64,000 nt of DNA from positions 930,001 to 994,000 of the forward strand of contig CM120649.1 in assembly GCA_051362555.1 (NCBI GenBank), given 5' to 3'. This document shows positions 37,501-49,752 of the stretch, in pieces. The position numbers were made by a program, and so were the translations under genes. This stretch comes from Lingula anatina (lineage: Eukaryota > Animalia > Brachiopoda). Each line of letters begins with the position of its first letter. The first letter of the stretch is position 1. The notes below the pieces were generated by a model, which worked only from the letters and a program-made list of their open reading frames with translations, did not search any database and was not told the origin of the DNA.

Positions 37501-40500
37501 GGTTGGGTTGAATACAGCATGAAATCACATTTACAAGGAGTAGTCTGCCATTTAGTGAAACAGTAGGATAACCTGATTACTTACCAGATGTAAAATCATA
37601 GCAACAACAATAAAAAGTCAAAGTAAATTATGATCTATGCCAAATTTGGCCATAAATATAGTTAGTCTGTAAAGAAAGAAAGATTTTATGCTCTCTCTTC
37701 CCCTTTAAAATCATCCCACTCGAACAATCAAATGAGAATATTATCCCAAAAAAATAAAGAGTCACACTTTGTTGGCCACAACTTACATGTCTGACAATCA
37801 CGTCGCCCACACTGCACTCCTCTCTCCAGTTTGCCACCAGCGATGCCAGCTCCTCACATATCTTACTGTGGATTTGAAATATGGAGGGGATGGTGCCGAA
37901 GATGAGCTTCACATCTGTAGGTGGCAGCAGGGGTCCTCCTGGCTGGTTAGGATTCTCTATTCCTTCTTTGAAGATCTGAAAGTAATTGTTTTTTCCATGC
38001 ATGAATTAAGTCAGGACCTCTTTCTGAATTTTCAATCCTTTCTTTAAATATCTGAAACAAATAGTTTTTGAGTTTTTTTTTTTTAAATAGATAACTTGAG
38101 AGACAAGACCACAATTCTGTATTAAAAAGTGGTGTTGTTTAAAAGAAAGTCAGGACCTCTTTCTTGCTCTGAACAATTAACAAAAGTAAGCACTTATTCC
38201 ACACTAGTACAAAAATATTGCATAAAAATACCATATCCATTATTGTAAAATGTTCCCATTCAATATAACAGACATGACCCCAGGTTTAAAAAAAAAAAAA
38301 AAAAAACCTGAATATTCATTCCCCCCCCCCCCTCCCCAACCCTGGATTTTATTGCAGATTTTGACGAATCTCAGAAACCATCAGAACTGAATTTTAAAAC
38401 GCGGAATTCCATGGCAAACTACTCACAGTCAGCACGGTGTCCAGTATGGCAACATAGTTGTTCTCTGTCTGAAGAAGCTCCATAATCACTTGCTTCCTCT
38501 TGCTGATATTGGCAGTGGGGGCCCCAGGGGTGGCAGTCTCCAAACCTAGGGGAGTGGCTGAAAAATAGTGTAACAAAGGATTAACATAGAGAGGAATCAA
38601 AATCCTTATAAGATCTACAACTTGACAGCAATTTTCATTCTTTCACATCTCCAACAGTACAATAATAACATTTGTGAAAAAAAATATCACACTTTATTCC
38701 TTTTTCCTTCACTTCAGTACAAATTAAAGTTCAAAGCTAATTTTCAAACAATAAAAATCAAAATGCCACCTTTTCACAGAGAGCAGAATATATTAACAGC
38801 TTCCTACATTTAACACACACCATGACTGCTCCCTCTACCTACCTGGAGTAACAGCTGTTACCTTCTTGTCAACTAATGACTGCTCCCTAGCCAAACGCTC
38901 CTTGCAGCGTGGAGAGATGGGGGAGGAAGGGGAGTTGATGGACTCTACACACACACACAGGAAGAGAGTGGAGAGATAAACAGAAAGAGAGAAGAGAAGG
39001 ACAGACGAAGTTAATACACAGAATAAGTTACGATACTGATATTTCTATCTACAAATCATTCAGAAAGAAAATGTCTAAAGCACACAGAAAGCAGACCAAG
39101 AAAAATAACAACGATTATCAATAAACATGACAGCAAAGAGATATTTATGAGCACATTCAGAACTGCTGACTAACAGATCCGCGGATCAAATATGGCCAAT
39201 CCACTTGAATACTTGTTGCCTAATCCCAGTGGGGAATCTATTCAGTGTCTAATCCAAAATCAAGCAAGCAAACATTTTAGTGGTTCGCCATATTTTGTTA
39301 GTCCTCTGTTCTGAATGTGTTCTATGTGAACACCCCCAAGGAACTAACCCCCCTGTTCCTGTGAATCCCTTACCCTCCTCACAAAATGCCCGCTCCAGTT
39401 CCGCCACAGGGGTCAGTTCACTGACCACTGGACTGTGGGTGTCCACTACGGGGGACAGCACGCTGCCAAAGAGGGGTCCCTGTGAAGGCCAGACAGCTGA
39501 CCCATTCAGGACAGTGGCCAAAGGAGACTGACCAATGGATGTCAGCAAGTCTAGTGAAGGTGAAGAATCTAGCAGACAGAAGGCAAGACTTGGAGAGTGA
39601 AGCAATGAAAGCAGTTTTTTTAAAGATAACAGATGAAAATAGCAGAGGAGATAAAATATGAAACGACCATTTTGATCATCAATGAGAAAAGTACCAAAGT
39701 AAACAGAGAACGAGCTCCGAGGCAAGTGCAGCTCTGAGAGAGTGGCAGCTCATTGCTTTCAGGAGAAAAAGAAATGCTTTTATTTTCATAGATTAGTGAG
39801 GTGTCTCACTGGTCAAATTAGAGTTGGTCTACTTACCCTGGGTCAACTTGAAGTGTGAAACCGTTGCCTTACTTGGCGAGTTCATGCACCCAGAGACCTT
39901 CAGACGTTTGTTATGACAGGGAGAGAAGGAAGGAGAAGGGAAGAAAGCATATCTATTCTGGCTCCTAGGAGAAAATGAAGTCTTCGAAGAGCTTGGTTTC
40001 GGTGCTACAAGGGTGGAAAGATACAGAAACACAGAAATGAAAGCATGCAGACAGAAGAACAGTTAGAGAGAAAGTAAGAATCAAAGTAAGAATCAATCTT
40101 TTTCCAACCAAATTGTTGAAATCGCACATCTATCATGCTAAGCCTCTGTTGCTAAGACATGGTTTCCCAACTTACCTGTAATTTACTACCCACAAATCAA
40201 AACGCACTCTTTTAAACCCGCACTCACCTACGTCTGGCGTAACATCAATGAGCGACGCACTCAGCGACAGCATGTGTTCGCTGGAGCGTCGTTTGTGATA
40301 TATGATAGGAGAGTCCAGCTCCCCGTCTGAGGCCAGCTGCGTCAGGGTGTCCTTCAGACGCTTACGTTTCCTCATACGTGAACCGGAGCTGGGAGTGTTG
40401 AATGCCGACGAAGGCGTCTTCTCAATCTGTGTAGAAATTTGAACTGATGTGTTAGTATCTTTCTGCATCTCTCTCTCTCTCTTGTTCCCCTCCCCCCTAT

Positions 40501-42032
40501 CCATTTATATATCATGCAATATAGCAAGTCTAGAAGTGCTTCATAAGGGTAGACCAGCTAAATTATACTTAAGTTTTTAATCAATCCATCAATAAGAGGA
40601 ATTGAAAATCACAAAGCAAATTATATTTGAATTTTTTAGAAAATTAAGAAAAGTTAATCAGTCTGACGTTACCTTCTCAAACTGGTACATGGATTCCTCA
40701 GCACATGCTTCCATCTGTATACTGGCCCAAAACCACTGGAAATAAACAGAATCAGATGCCTCAGTAGAACTCTTCTTATTTAAAATTAGTTTAACATAAA
40801 GTCAATTATTTCTTCATGAAAACAGGGGAATCAAATGGCATTCACTCTTTGGACGACAGATGAGAGGGCATTTAGTGAAAACTTGAAATATATGGCATGG
40901 TACCTACTGCATCAATCTCAAAATAGATATTTTTCTCTCCCAAAAAGTCAGAAATCTAAGGATAGTCAGAAAAATCTCGCTACTGCTGAACTTTGACAAC
41001 AAAAAACTGGACACCCAGCTTCCCATATTATACCTAATTATCCTCCCTGTCACCTACCTCTCCCGTCACCATGTTCAGCTTGTGGTGCATCTCAAAGGGG
41101 ACGTCGTCCTTACTGCTGATACTGTGGTCTATCACCAGATGGGTGCAGTCAGAGTCTCCAGCGGGGACGTGGCGACCACCTGGAATGGCATGACCAGACT
41201 AACACTGATGACCATTTATAATTACAATAATAATAATAAAACCTGCAACTGTTTTTATACATATTGCAATAAAAAATATATATATATTTATTACAAACCC
41301 ATATTAAAAATAATATAAAGGAGGGAGGGATCTGCAAGGACATTTTAAGACAGGTGTTCAATAAAAAACAACATTTTTTGGAGCTAGAGTGACACAGAAA
41401 AGGTTTATGACTAATGTAGTGTACACCAAATCTGAAAATATCACCCCCTTTGTCCAGGGAAAAGTCTGACCTGACTCAAAATTCAATCTAGGTTCTACAT
41501 CATTTCTCAACTTGGATCAACCCAGGGAGTAAAAAGCTCCACTTTTTTTCACTAAAAAAACCCTCTTTTAAATTGCTGTCTACAGGCATGTGTTCAGGTA
41601 TCTCACCGTTGGCAGTCGTGACTTCCTCCATGTGTCTCTGCTCCTCAGCGGGAAACCCCAGGAAACCAAGACAACAGTTGTCAAATGGTTTCATCCTGTA
41701 CTCCATCTAGTGACAAGAGACAGCAATAATAATATACAAGTAGTAAGATTAAGATCATCATAGAAGTGTGTGGTGCTGTGTACATCTTCATTGTAGCACA
41801 AGAAGAAAACTTATGGTAGTCACAAACAGAATCATGCTTAATAAATGATGAATAAAAACTTGAATTGTACTCAGTAAATTCTGAACAATTAAAAAAAAGA
41901 GTAACTAGCCAAATCAGACTGAGAAATATTTAACAATTACGAAAAATAATTATTAAAACAAAATTTAACTAACTAACTAACTTGATTAATTAATTAATTA
42001 ATACAGGACTCACAAATTTTAAAGTAAAAAAA

Positions 42033-42079
<47 letters not shown>

Positions 42080-44665
42080 ACAAGGACTGACCATCCTTTC
42101 CTCAGTGGCGGAGAACTCCAGGTCATCTCTGGCCTCCCATGCCTTCTGGACCCATTGACTGCTCATGATTGGAGTGCCCAGACTGACCGCTGCCTGAATA
42201 GACAACAAACAACTTTTTACCATTATTCTGGCCAGCTGCCATTATCCAGGGTAACCGTACAGTAGTCTTTTGGAGACATTTATCTTTTATTTTTTAATTT
42301 TTTAAAAATTGTAGCAGGGGGAGCATTCCCATAAACCCATCATACTAGCTTAATTGATCATGCCAGACATTTTAGCTGATTACACTGAAAGCACTATAGC
42401 AAGAAGCCCCTCAGATTATATCAATGGAATTGGTACGATGGGTTTATGGGAACGCTGCATGCTGTCTCATTAAGAAAATACATTCAGATAACCAATCTCA
42501 AAATCTTGTCTAAATCCCTGCCGGAGAGTCTTTAATATTGAACTTCACTCCACGTACCCTGTATTTTTCTCCTCCAGTGCAGTTGGCAACCAGATGCGTC
42601 ACTCTGGTGCTGAAGTCCTTTCTTATACTGCCTCCCATGTGGTGGACATAATCTGCCATCTTGGACTGGAAATTGAAATAAATAAATAAATAAATAAATA
42701 TATAAATAAATAAATAAAAAACAAAAAAATAGGTAACACGTTGCAGTTTAAAGTAAATAATGAGGTATTCACAGTCAACACTGATACAATCAGATCGTGA
42801 AAATGCAGTTTTCCATTATTAAGTCAGTGATTCAGATAGAAGAAGCTAACTGTCAGTCCCAATTACCAAATGTCAATAATGTTTGTAAGACTACTGGGTA
42901 CATATAAATATATATTGACAGTTAAAGTCTCCTATTTCACTGTGACTCACCAGTTCTGCCTTCTGTTTAAAACCAGTAAAACACATAATGAGGTTTTGCA
43001 TGGAGGTGCAGTACAGAGGGCGGGAGCTGAATGGAATGTGCTGAAATACAAGGTAAACAAATACAAAGAGGTATAAAAATTGTTTAAATCTTTTTTTTTT
43101 ATTCATAAAACAAACATACATACACACAAAAAAAGGAAGCAAAACAAACCTGGTAAAAAGGACAAAAAATTTACCCATCACATACATAACATCAAAATTT
43201 CTGGAATATATAATACAAAACCCAACAAGTTTCTTATAGATTTACTTATATATTTAATGAGAACAAACTATCCAATGGGCACCCATCTTTCAATATAGAC
43301 ACAATATGACCACATATGACCAAGAATAAAAGAAAGCTTAATCATTCAGCAACCAGATTATTATTTAAACAATAGTAAAGCTTATTAACAATACTTACCT
43401 CTTGCTTGAAGAAACAGAATCAAATGTATAACAATAAAAAATTTATTTAAACAATTTTTGCAAAATTAAAACTTTTAATATTTCCAGCAACAACATCCCT
43501 CACCTAACTAGGATTTAGGATATTTGTGTTCTAATCTCTCTTTAATATGTAAATAAAATCTACAACTCATGAAACCAACCTCCTTTTTAGAAGCACTTGA
43601 AATAACCACAGGGGGTCCTGCAATTCTGACTTCCTCTCCCCTCAGCCTAAAGTAGGTTCCATCATTGAAATTGTCTGTTACAAATACTGTGTCATAGTCT
43701 GCATCCCTGGCAAAATCCATGCCACTCTCTGAGTAGAAGACAGGTAGGCCATATTGCTAAAATAAAAGAAAAAATGTTTAGGCTGATTACAATTCTGGTA
43801 ACTTGGCAAAAGCAGACTACCTGAGAGTCATTGCAAAAAAACTGAATGGTTAATATTTATAGGAATTAACCAAAATCCAATATGCAACACAAAGAAAAGT
43901 ATCCGTAAATTCTATACTAAGAAGTTGTACAGCCACTAATAAAAAAATCAATGAAATTCTGAAGAAACTGGCAGTGCAACTGATGGCTGGACTGCTGTGT
44001 ATAGAAAGTCTGAGGCACTACCAGTGTTCAAATTGGCATTTCTTTTTAAGACATTAATCTTTTACATTTGCTTTCTAACGTCTGAAAAAATACACAATAA
44101 AATTAATTAATTACATTCACAAATGGTAGCAATAACTCAAACTGATGGTATAATATACAGTACCTTCACAGCTCCCAAAAGTTTAGGGTGTCTTTCACAG
44201 CAGTTATTAATAATAACAAATCGCTTTTCTTCCAAAGTCCTCCTCTCTACAAAAATGAAAAATAGATGCGTGTTTCACTGATCGACAGGTGTCAGTTCTG
44301 ATGATCAACCCAATCATTTAAAACTCTAATTAAGAGACACAAAGTATTTGTTTCAAGAAGCAAAGGAATCTGAACCATGTCATTTGGTTTCTCAGGTATA
44401 AAGGAAGGCCATACCTTCAGTGGCTTTACCAAAGAGAGGATAGCGACATTTCATCAAGAAAAAGCAAGTCTTGTTCTATTGAAATCCAATTATTAAATAT
44501 TCTAACGCACGTCATTACAAACAAACAGATACACAGACACGGCTGCTTTTTGATGTATAAATATTTTGGAGGATAAATTAATCAAAAGTAGGATTTACCT
44601 TCCCTTGACTCAGCCAAAGTTTCCATGCTACAGCTAGCGCTCGTACTGCACAAGGAATCCGCCAT
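28537..44665 (-). CDS. ECT2: Protein ECT2 / pebble (BRCT-BRCT-DH-PH RhoA GEF for cytokinesis), multi-exon
   Basis: GT-AG exons with consistent phases: 44665-44599, 44246-44164, 43756-43580, 43040-42951, 42665-42558, 42193-42092, 41706-41607, 41179-41058, 40735-40673, 40426-40228, [40004-39837, 39568-39374, 38944-38843], 38557-38427, 37975-37787, 37442-37332, 37017-36921, 36442-36361, 36103-36025, 35723-35604, 35262-35130, 34621-34467, 34044-33968, 33586-33406, 28638-28537 (~1010 aa). Diagnostic peptides: RPLYCTSMQNLIMCFTGF, VHHMGGSIRKDF..VTHLVANCT, WFWASIQMEA, ELLQTENNYV, YPPFVNFFE, ELLIRPVQRLPSV, HINEDKRKTE, RAFSFNKTP. Confidence 0.95.
30139..30177 (-). CDS. ECT2: Candidate ECT2 cassette micro-exon (LASPAELLNDLSE)
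   Basis: Acceptor atttacatttcag, donor GAG|gtgcgt, 39 nt, phase 0-0, open; no homology support. Confidence 0.4.
30306..30410. repeat. Degenerate 21-bp minisatellite (~5 units)
   Basis: gggatagcagctgcgaaaaat / gggataaaagctgccaaaact / ggtataataactgctaaaaat / ggggcaagagctgccacatgt. Confidence 0.65.
30702..31692 (+). mobile_element. TTAA-flanked non-autonomous DNA transposon (Kolobok-like) in an ECT2 intron, retaining a first coding exon
   Basis: ttaa|agacagtctcag ... ctgagactgtct|ttaa (perfect 12-bp TIR); internal exon ATG 31002 to donor gtgagt at 31214 encoding a basic stretch plus VYVGREVGRWRTLKAELGLTYEAMAKLLLD. Confidence 0.82.
32183..32320 (-). CDS. ECT2: Candidate ECT2 alternative exon (DFLTPNVLPLNMANKKKIKSKYNSASSISGYLYQTLRRAHSTLSVD)
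   Basis: Acceptor tttttttcaag, consensus donor GAC|gtaagt, 138 nt, phase 0-0, no stops. Confidence 0.5.
34372..34516 (-). repeat. 75-bp tandem duplication spanning an ECT2 exon end and its splice donor
   Basis: acttacccagtctgtcttacaggtggtgcta at 34386 and 34461. Confidence 0.9.
36680..36835. mobile_element. Degenerate MITE fragment (GGGGCCAGTTTCAGGAA-type end)
   Basis: ttcctgaaactggcccctg end and internal inverted repeat acgacagaact / agttctgtcgt. Confidence 0.45.
42322..42456. mobile_element. Small hairpin MITE in an ECT2 intron
   Basis: agcattcccataaacccatcatacta ... tggtacgatgggtttatgggaacgct inverted repeat (~26 bp). Confidence 0.7.
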
Positions 44666-44819
44666 CTTTTTCTTTTTCTTCTGAATCTCTCAGGAGGCCA
44701 AATCTGTTGGCCACTTGGTCCTGAATTCCTTAACTTTCGAATCTAAAACAACCATGAAACGCGTGTGTTTTAATTGAACTGGAAGCTATAATTTTACGGC
44801 TGATCCAAACGTAAACATC

Positions 44820-44905
44820 ACATTTCGAATTGCGGCGGCTGTTCAAAATTGACCTAATTTCGTATTGGCTGTCAAGTGGTCACGTGGTACCCACAATGCA
44901 CCGCT
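44820..44905 (-). promoter_or_regulatory. ECT2 core promoter: ZNF143/Staf site, E-box, CCAAT box, CHR elements
   Basis: TACCCACAATGCACCGC 44888-44904, CACGTG 44881-86, AGCCAAT (- strand) 44864-70, TTTGAA (- strand) 44842-47, TTCGAA 44824-29; 160-240 bp upstream of the ATG. Confidence 0.7.
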
Positions 44906-45945
44906 AGACCGAAGCACGAGTTTCTGACAGGAGGTGTATGATGTGAGTTTACGTTTACTCGACGCATTTAATATGATTGGAAGAATGCAGTCTTTTAATG
45001 AACAGCGTAGCTCTCAGAAGAACGACCCCCTTTTGTTAATTGTATAAGACGACAGAGTGAACACTGAGTGGAAGCGACATAGGCTGAAGAGACACTCTCT
45101 TACTTTAAAAACACGATTTATCATTACGTACCGGTATGATGTCTCCTCTGTCCCTCAAATTTTGGATTGTGTACAGATGAACTTAAAGTTCTGTGTGGAT
45201 GCATTGAAATAAAATGGAAAGTTTGTGCTAGAATTTGGTCCGTTGTGAACCACTAATACTTGACATAATACCCTGGGAACGAATCCAAAAAAACATAACT
45301 TACTTTAAATGTGTCAGTTGAGACGTTATGTAAAGAGGCCTTCACAATCACAGCTAATGTAAGATTGATTGAGACCATGTACGAAAAACGGGAGAAACCG
45401 ACAAAGACTAAAGGGAAAGCCCAAAGAAAACCAAAGATCTCCCAAATTAACAAGTGGGTTCTGAAATAAAAGCAGACAAGTGAGCACAGTTCGGCAATTA
45501 ATAAAAGCTGAGATAATTTATGCAGGCATTTTTGGTCACCTCCTTCCCTACTTACGGATTTAGTGAAGGACCTTCCTTCGACTTGTGAAATTAGAGTTTT
45601 GACGAGCTGAAACGTAGTTCTAAACAGTACCAAATGGAACCCTTCGCCCTCTAAAATACCTTAACTTTTTTGGGCTCTTCACCGGGCCCTACACCCAACG
45701 GTCGGCTTCGCATCCGCAGACCTCCCTTCAAATAATCAGCTTGATTCGCTCCTGCGATCAGCTTTGTTATAGGCCTATAAGTGGGATTTTTTTAAAAACT
45801 CGGGTCGCCTCGCTGGGTAAATAAATGTATGGGCCTAAGATAATCAACCAGGAAGAACGATGAAGTCAAGGTCTGTCTAGTCTTTGACGTCAAATAGCTG
45901 GATAGCATCCCATAGAAATAAAATAAAAATTATTAAAAATGATGT

Positions 45946-46323
45946 AGGGCATGCGAACCGAGCATCGGTGGAGCGTGGATTCCCAGTGACACATTTTAAA
46001 CCACTTTTACTAGTTCCTTATACGACTCAAATAAATTCGGCATGCGAAGGAATAAACTGAATAGATCACTCGATCAGCGGTAAAAGAGCTTTAGACTGCT
46101 CCTTTCTTTAAAGTTTTGGTCAAAAATTTAACCTACTTTCGTTACCTACTTTTCTGCCCCATTGATATAGGCCTACAGGAATGCTAGCAGAAAAATCCGT
46201 TTAAACATCATTTTCAGGTAAAATTCAAAAATACCATTTGGTAATTCTCTTAGTTATACTACTTGAAACTATATGCTGGCATTTGGTTGGTTTTTCTGGA
46301 AAAAATTCACTTTATATGCATCT
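45946..46323. mobile_element. Second, inverted copy of the Kolobok-like MITE at 27530-27906
   Basis: cgaaccgagcatcggtggagc...atgcatct is the reverse complement of the 27.5-27.9 kb copy along its length. Confidence 0.78.
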
Positions 46324-46632
46324 TTAGCATGGCCGTAGACGCATAGTTCTGAACATGTTGTTTTCACACGCTTATTTGATCAACAATGTTCTGAAGATTT
46401 GTTTAAAGCATTCTAAACCTGGTTGTGCAAACTCCTTATCTCGTATTACATATCTGATCTTTTTCAATCAGTCACAGTCCCGACCAACAATGTTGACACA
46501 GAGGTTTGAGGACTTTTCCGCTTATATAATTATATGGTAGGCCCCTACTTATCAGTCCTGATATATTCCGTCACGCCTGGTACCACGTGCACGTACCCTG
46601 AGATTCAAACACATTGTGGAAACCGATGTAAC

Positions 46633-46771
46633 GTGACAGAAAGTCCCCCATAATAGAGAGTCCGCTTCCCATTCATTTGTACAGCTAAGCCTCGCCCTAG
46701 ATTTTGACCCACTTAGGTCAGGTTAACCCTAACCATTATAACTATGTGGAGGGCGGACTTTCTGTTACACG
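46633..46771. mobile_element. Short MITE-like element
   Basis: acagaaagtcc ... ggactttctgt inverted ends, internal ggttaaccctaacc motif. Confidence 0.45.
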
Positions 46772-46909
46772 AACCCTCAGTTTCGTTGCACACGGGTTCC
46801 ATGTTCAGTTATAGACAGCTACCACTGAGACTGCATGTTTAATTCAGGGCACCTGCTGCCATGTGGCCTTGTATATGTGACCTTATTGAACCGATCAGTC
46901 TCCAATTCT

Positions 46910-47524
46910 CACCCTGAGCTTCAGAGCTAACTTGACACTAACCTTTTCACTGTAGCCTATCTCCATCGTGTCAAGTAACCTCTGACGAAAATAGTTTGAC
47001 CTATTTTATATAAGCCAATCGAATCCATGTTTCAAAATTTTTCACCAAAGTTTGGTGAAAACGCTGATTGGTTGATCGTCAATCGGCAATCCTCGGCTGA
47101 TTCCGCAAGCTCCATACTAACAACATAGTTATTGTCGAGTGCGGAGACATCCGAGTAGTTCCGAGTGGTTCCGAGTGCATAACCGTACACAAAGAAAGCA
47201 TGGAGTATATCGGAATTGAAACCAGAGCAGTATGATGCCCTGCATCATTATCTACTGAGAGACGATGTTATTTGCGTGCTGCCCACAGGTTACGGCAAGA
47301 CCCTGATATTCAGCCTTATCTTTGATTGGTCCGGATTTGAACAAAGCGCGCTTTGACTCGTTCGCGTTCATTGGCTAGATCGTTTAATGAGTCATTGAGT
47401 GCGGGCTTTTAAATTTGATTGGCGGGCGGCGGAGGCAATCGAATCTGGTCAGAGGTTACTTGACACGATGGAGATAGGCTACAGTGAAAAGGTTAGTGTC
47501 AAGTTAGCTCTGAAGCTCAGGGTG
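46910..47524 (+). mobile_element. 615-bp non-autonomous DNA transposon with perfect 77-bp TIRs, 8-bp TSD and a RecQ-helicase fragment
   Basis: 46910-46986 is the exact reverse complement of 47448-47524; CCAATTCT at 46902-09 and 47525-32; 47216-47320 translates as LKPEQYDALHHYLLRDDVICVLPTGYGKTLIFSLI. Confidence 0.92.
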
Positions 47525-49169
47525 CCAATTCTGCATCCTCAAACAAAATGAGTAATATTTTTGCTTCACTGTTTGGATATACGGAGGTAACTCCAGAACT
47601 GTGGGACAAACGAGGAAAAATTAAAAGTTTTGTTTAACAACACTATTTGTCATTGTATATTTTGGAGGCTTTCAGACGTGTACTGCGTGGTGCAAGAGTG
47701 TGACGATGATCGATCGAGAAAAAAAAAAGATGGATGTTTCGATGTGATTTATTCGTAACACATAGGCCCTATATACCGCAGCTCCCGCTCGTCAAATTTT
47801 AATTTACCAAAGATTATAAAAAAGAAATAACATTTTATGAATGACAGGACAACACATCAACTTTTAACATTAAAATTGTTCTGGGACCATTTCAATTTAT
47901 CAAGTTCGAAAAGGTGAAATCGCATGTAGCATTTTTGCGGTCACCAAGAATGTGCACGTGGCCAAGTTCACAGGAGACGACGTGATCTCGCGCCATTTCA
48001 TGCTGCTGCCCTGGATCTCGCATGTGGACTGATGTCTCAATAAATAGCTGCCTGATTACAATAGAGATATGTTCATGTTGATTAATGCGGCAAGCCAACA
48101 GGCAAATGATGGTGATATTTGTGGACGTATTAGCCTACCCATGCTACATTAAAAAGGGCAAAGTTACCTAGCTAGACATAAGCGTGATTACTGTCAGTGA
48201 AGACGGTGGAGACTCAATGGTCACATGGATGCGCAAACCGTTTCAATAGGTAGGCTTTTGATTATTTAAAATATTCATTATTTTTATGCTTATTGATATT
48301 GATAATTATTTCATCTCTTAAAAAGTCTCAGGGAGAAATTTCCCCAGTGCACTTTGTCCAATATTTCAGTTGGTTCCAATTTCTTTTTGGAACTATCTGC
48401 AGTTACCTTGCAGGCGTCCACCTACTTGAGTGGTCGGCATCACGCTATTTTGCTGAATATATCTCCATAATCAGAACAGTAGGATAATAAGCAAAGTCCT
48501 TTTTCATAAAGTAAACTACAATGACAAGGTAGGGTCTACTGAACGGAAAGCTAACCGTTCAGAAACGCAAACGTACCACGCGCACTTGCACACCCTTGCT
48601 GATGCACTCCCACAACTACACATGCATAAGCGTACGCGTGGTAAAACACACATGCGTGTTCAGCAATGCAATTACAGAACTATAACAAAAGTTGAACGGG
48701 CGGAAGATATAATTATTTAGCGTATACGTAATATCTCTTCAACTGAGAAAAAGATCACATATATATCTACATTTCATACGAGCTGAGGAATGTTGCCCTT
48801 TGTCAATAACATCAGTAAACCAAATGTTTAAAACAGCGTGAAAAACTTAACCACACATCGCACCAGGCAAAAAAATTCAACGCCAAATCCATCTGTGAAT
48901 CGAGATAGGTTGAGTCGTTTCCACAAAGAGGTTTTAGTGAGGAGATTGGTCTTTTCCATCGTGCTTTACGCAGCACAGCGTCGGACAACCACCATACGAG
49001 AACGGTAAAAAAAAAGACCTTCCAAACTTTTGAAACGTGGTTCTGACAGAAAGAAACGGACAATATCCTCGGCAGTGTAGACGGAGGCGAACAGTGGAGC
49101 TGGCAATGTACCGGTAGAAGCACTGGACAATTTGGTCAACCTAGATAGGCCTACCACACTGAAGTCGGC

Positions 49170-49454
49170 AATGTGACAAGAATGAAGATGATAACTGTGA
49201 AGATGCATTTAGAGCAAATGTATGGAAGCTGTAATGATGACGAATACGACGACATGATGATGATGATATGATGAATGTGTTTTGTTGCTTAAATTCGAGG
49301 TAAAGACCAACCAAAGACGAGATGGTTGGACGAGGTGAGGGAAGCGATAGGCGGACTCCAGAAGGCGAGGCAACTGAGTGAAGACCCGAGTTGGATGGGG
49401 ATGCTTTACACGTGGGTATCCAGGAGTTTGCCACGACTCGGCGGCAACAGATGA
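49170..49454 (+). mobile_element. RTE-clade LINE 3' fragment
   Basis: 49296-49454 reads RGKDQPKTRWLDEVREAIGGLQKARQLSEDPSW...VSRSLPRLGGNR*, resembling the RGRPxxRWxDxV...EDRxxWR...SRxRL C-terminus of RTE/BovB ORFs; a degenerate DAFE-like segment lies upstream. Confidence 0.65.
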
Positions 49455-49752
49455 CAATGTGAGCCTTATGTTTTGTCCTTATCTCTAGTCATAATTATCA
49501 ATATATCGCAAACAAGACATTTTTGATTTACTAGAAGCGAGAAAAGAGGAGACGCAAAGCCATCAACACGCAGCAGACTGGCTGGCGAGGCCCCTTGATA
49601 GTACAGACATACTGAAAAAATAATAAAATCCCTGGAGAAACTTGTCATATTAATCATCAAATTATCAACGACTTTATTTGTTTCCTCGTGTGAGAAACTG
49701 GTATTAATATTTGTGCTCTTGTGTCCAAGTTCACGTTAGGTCAAGGACTGTG

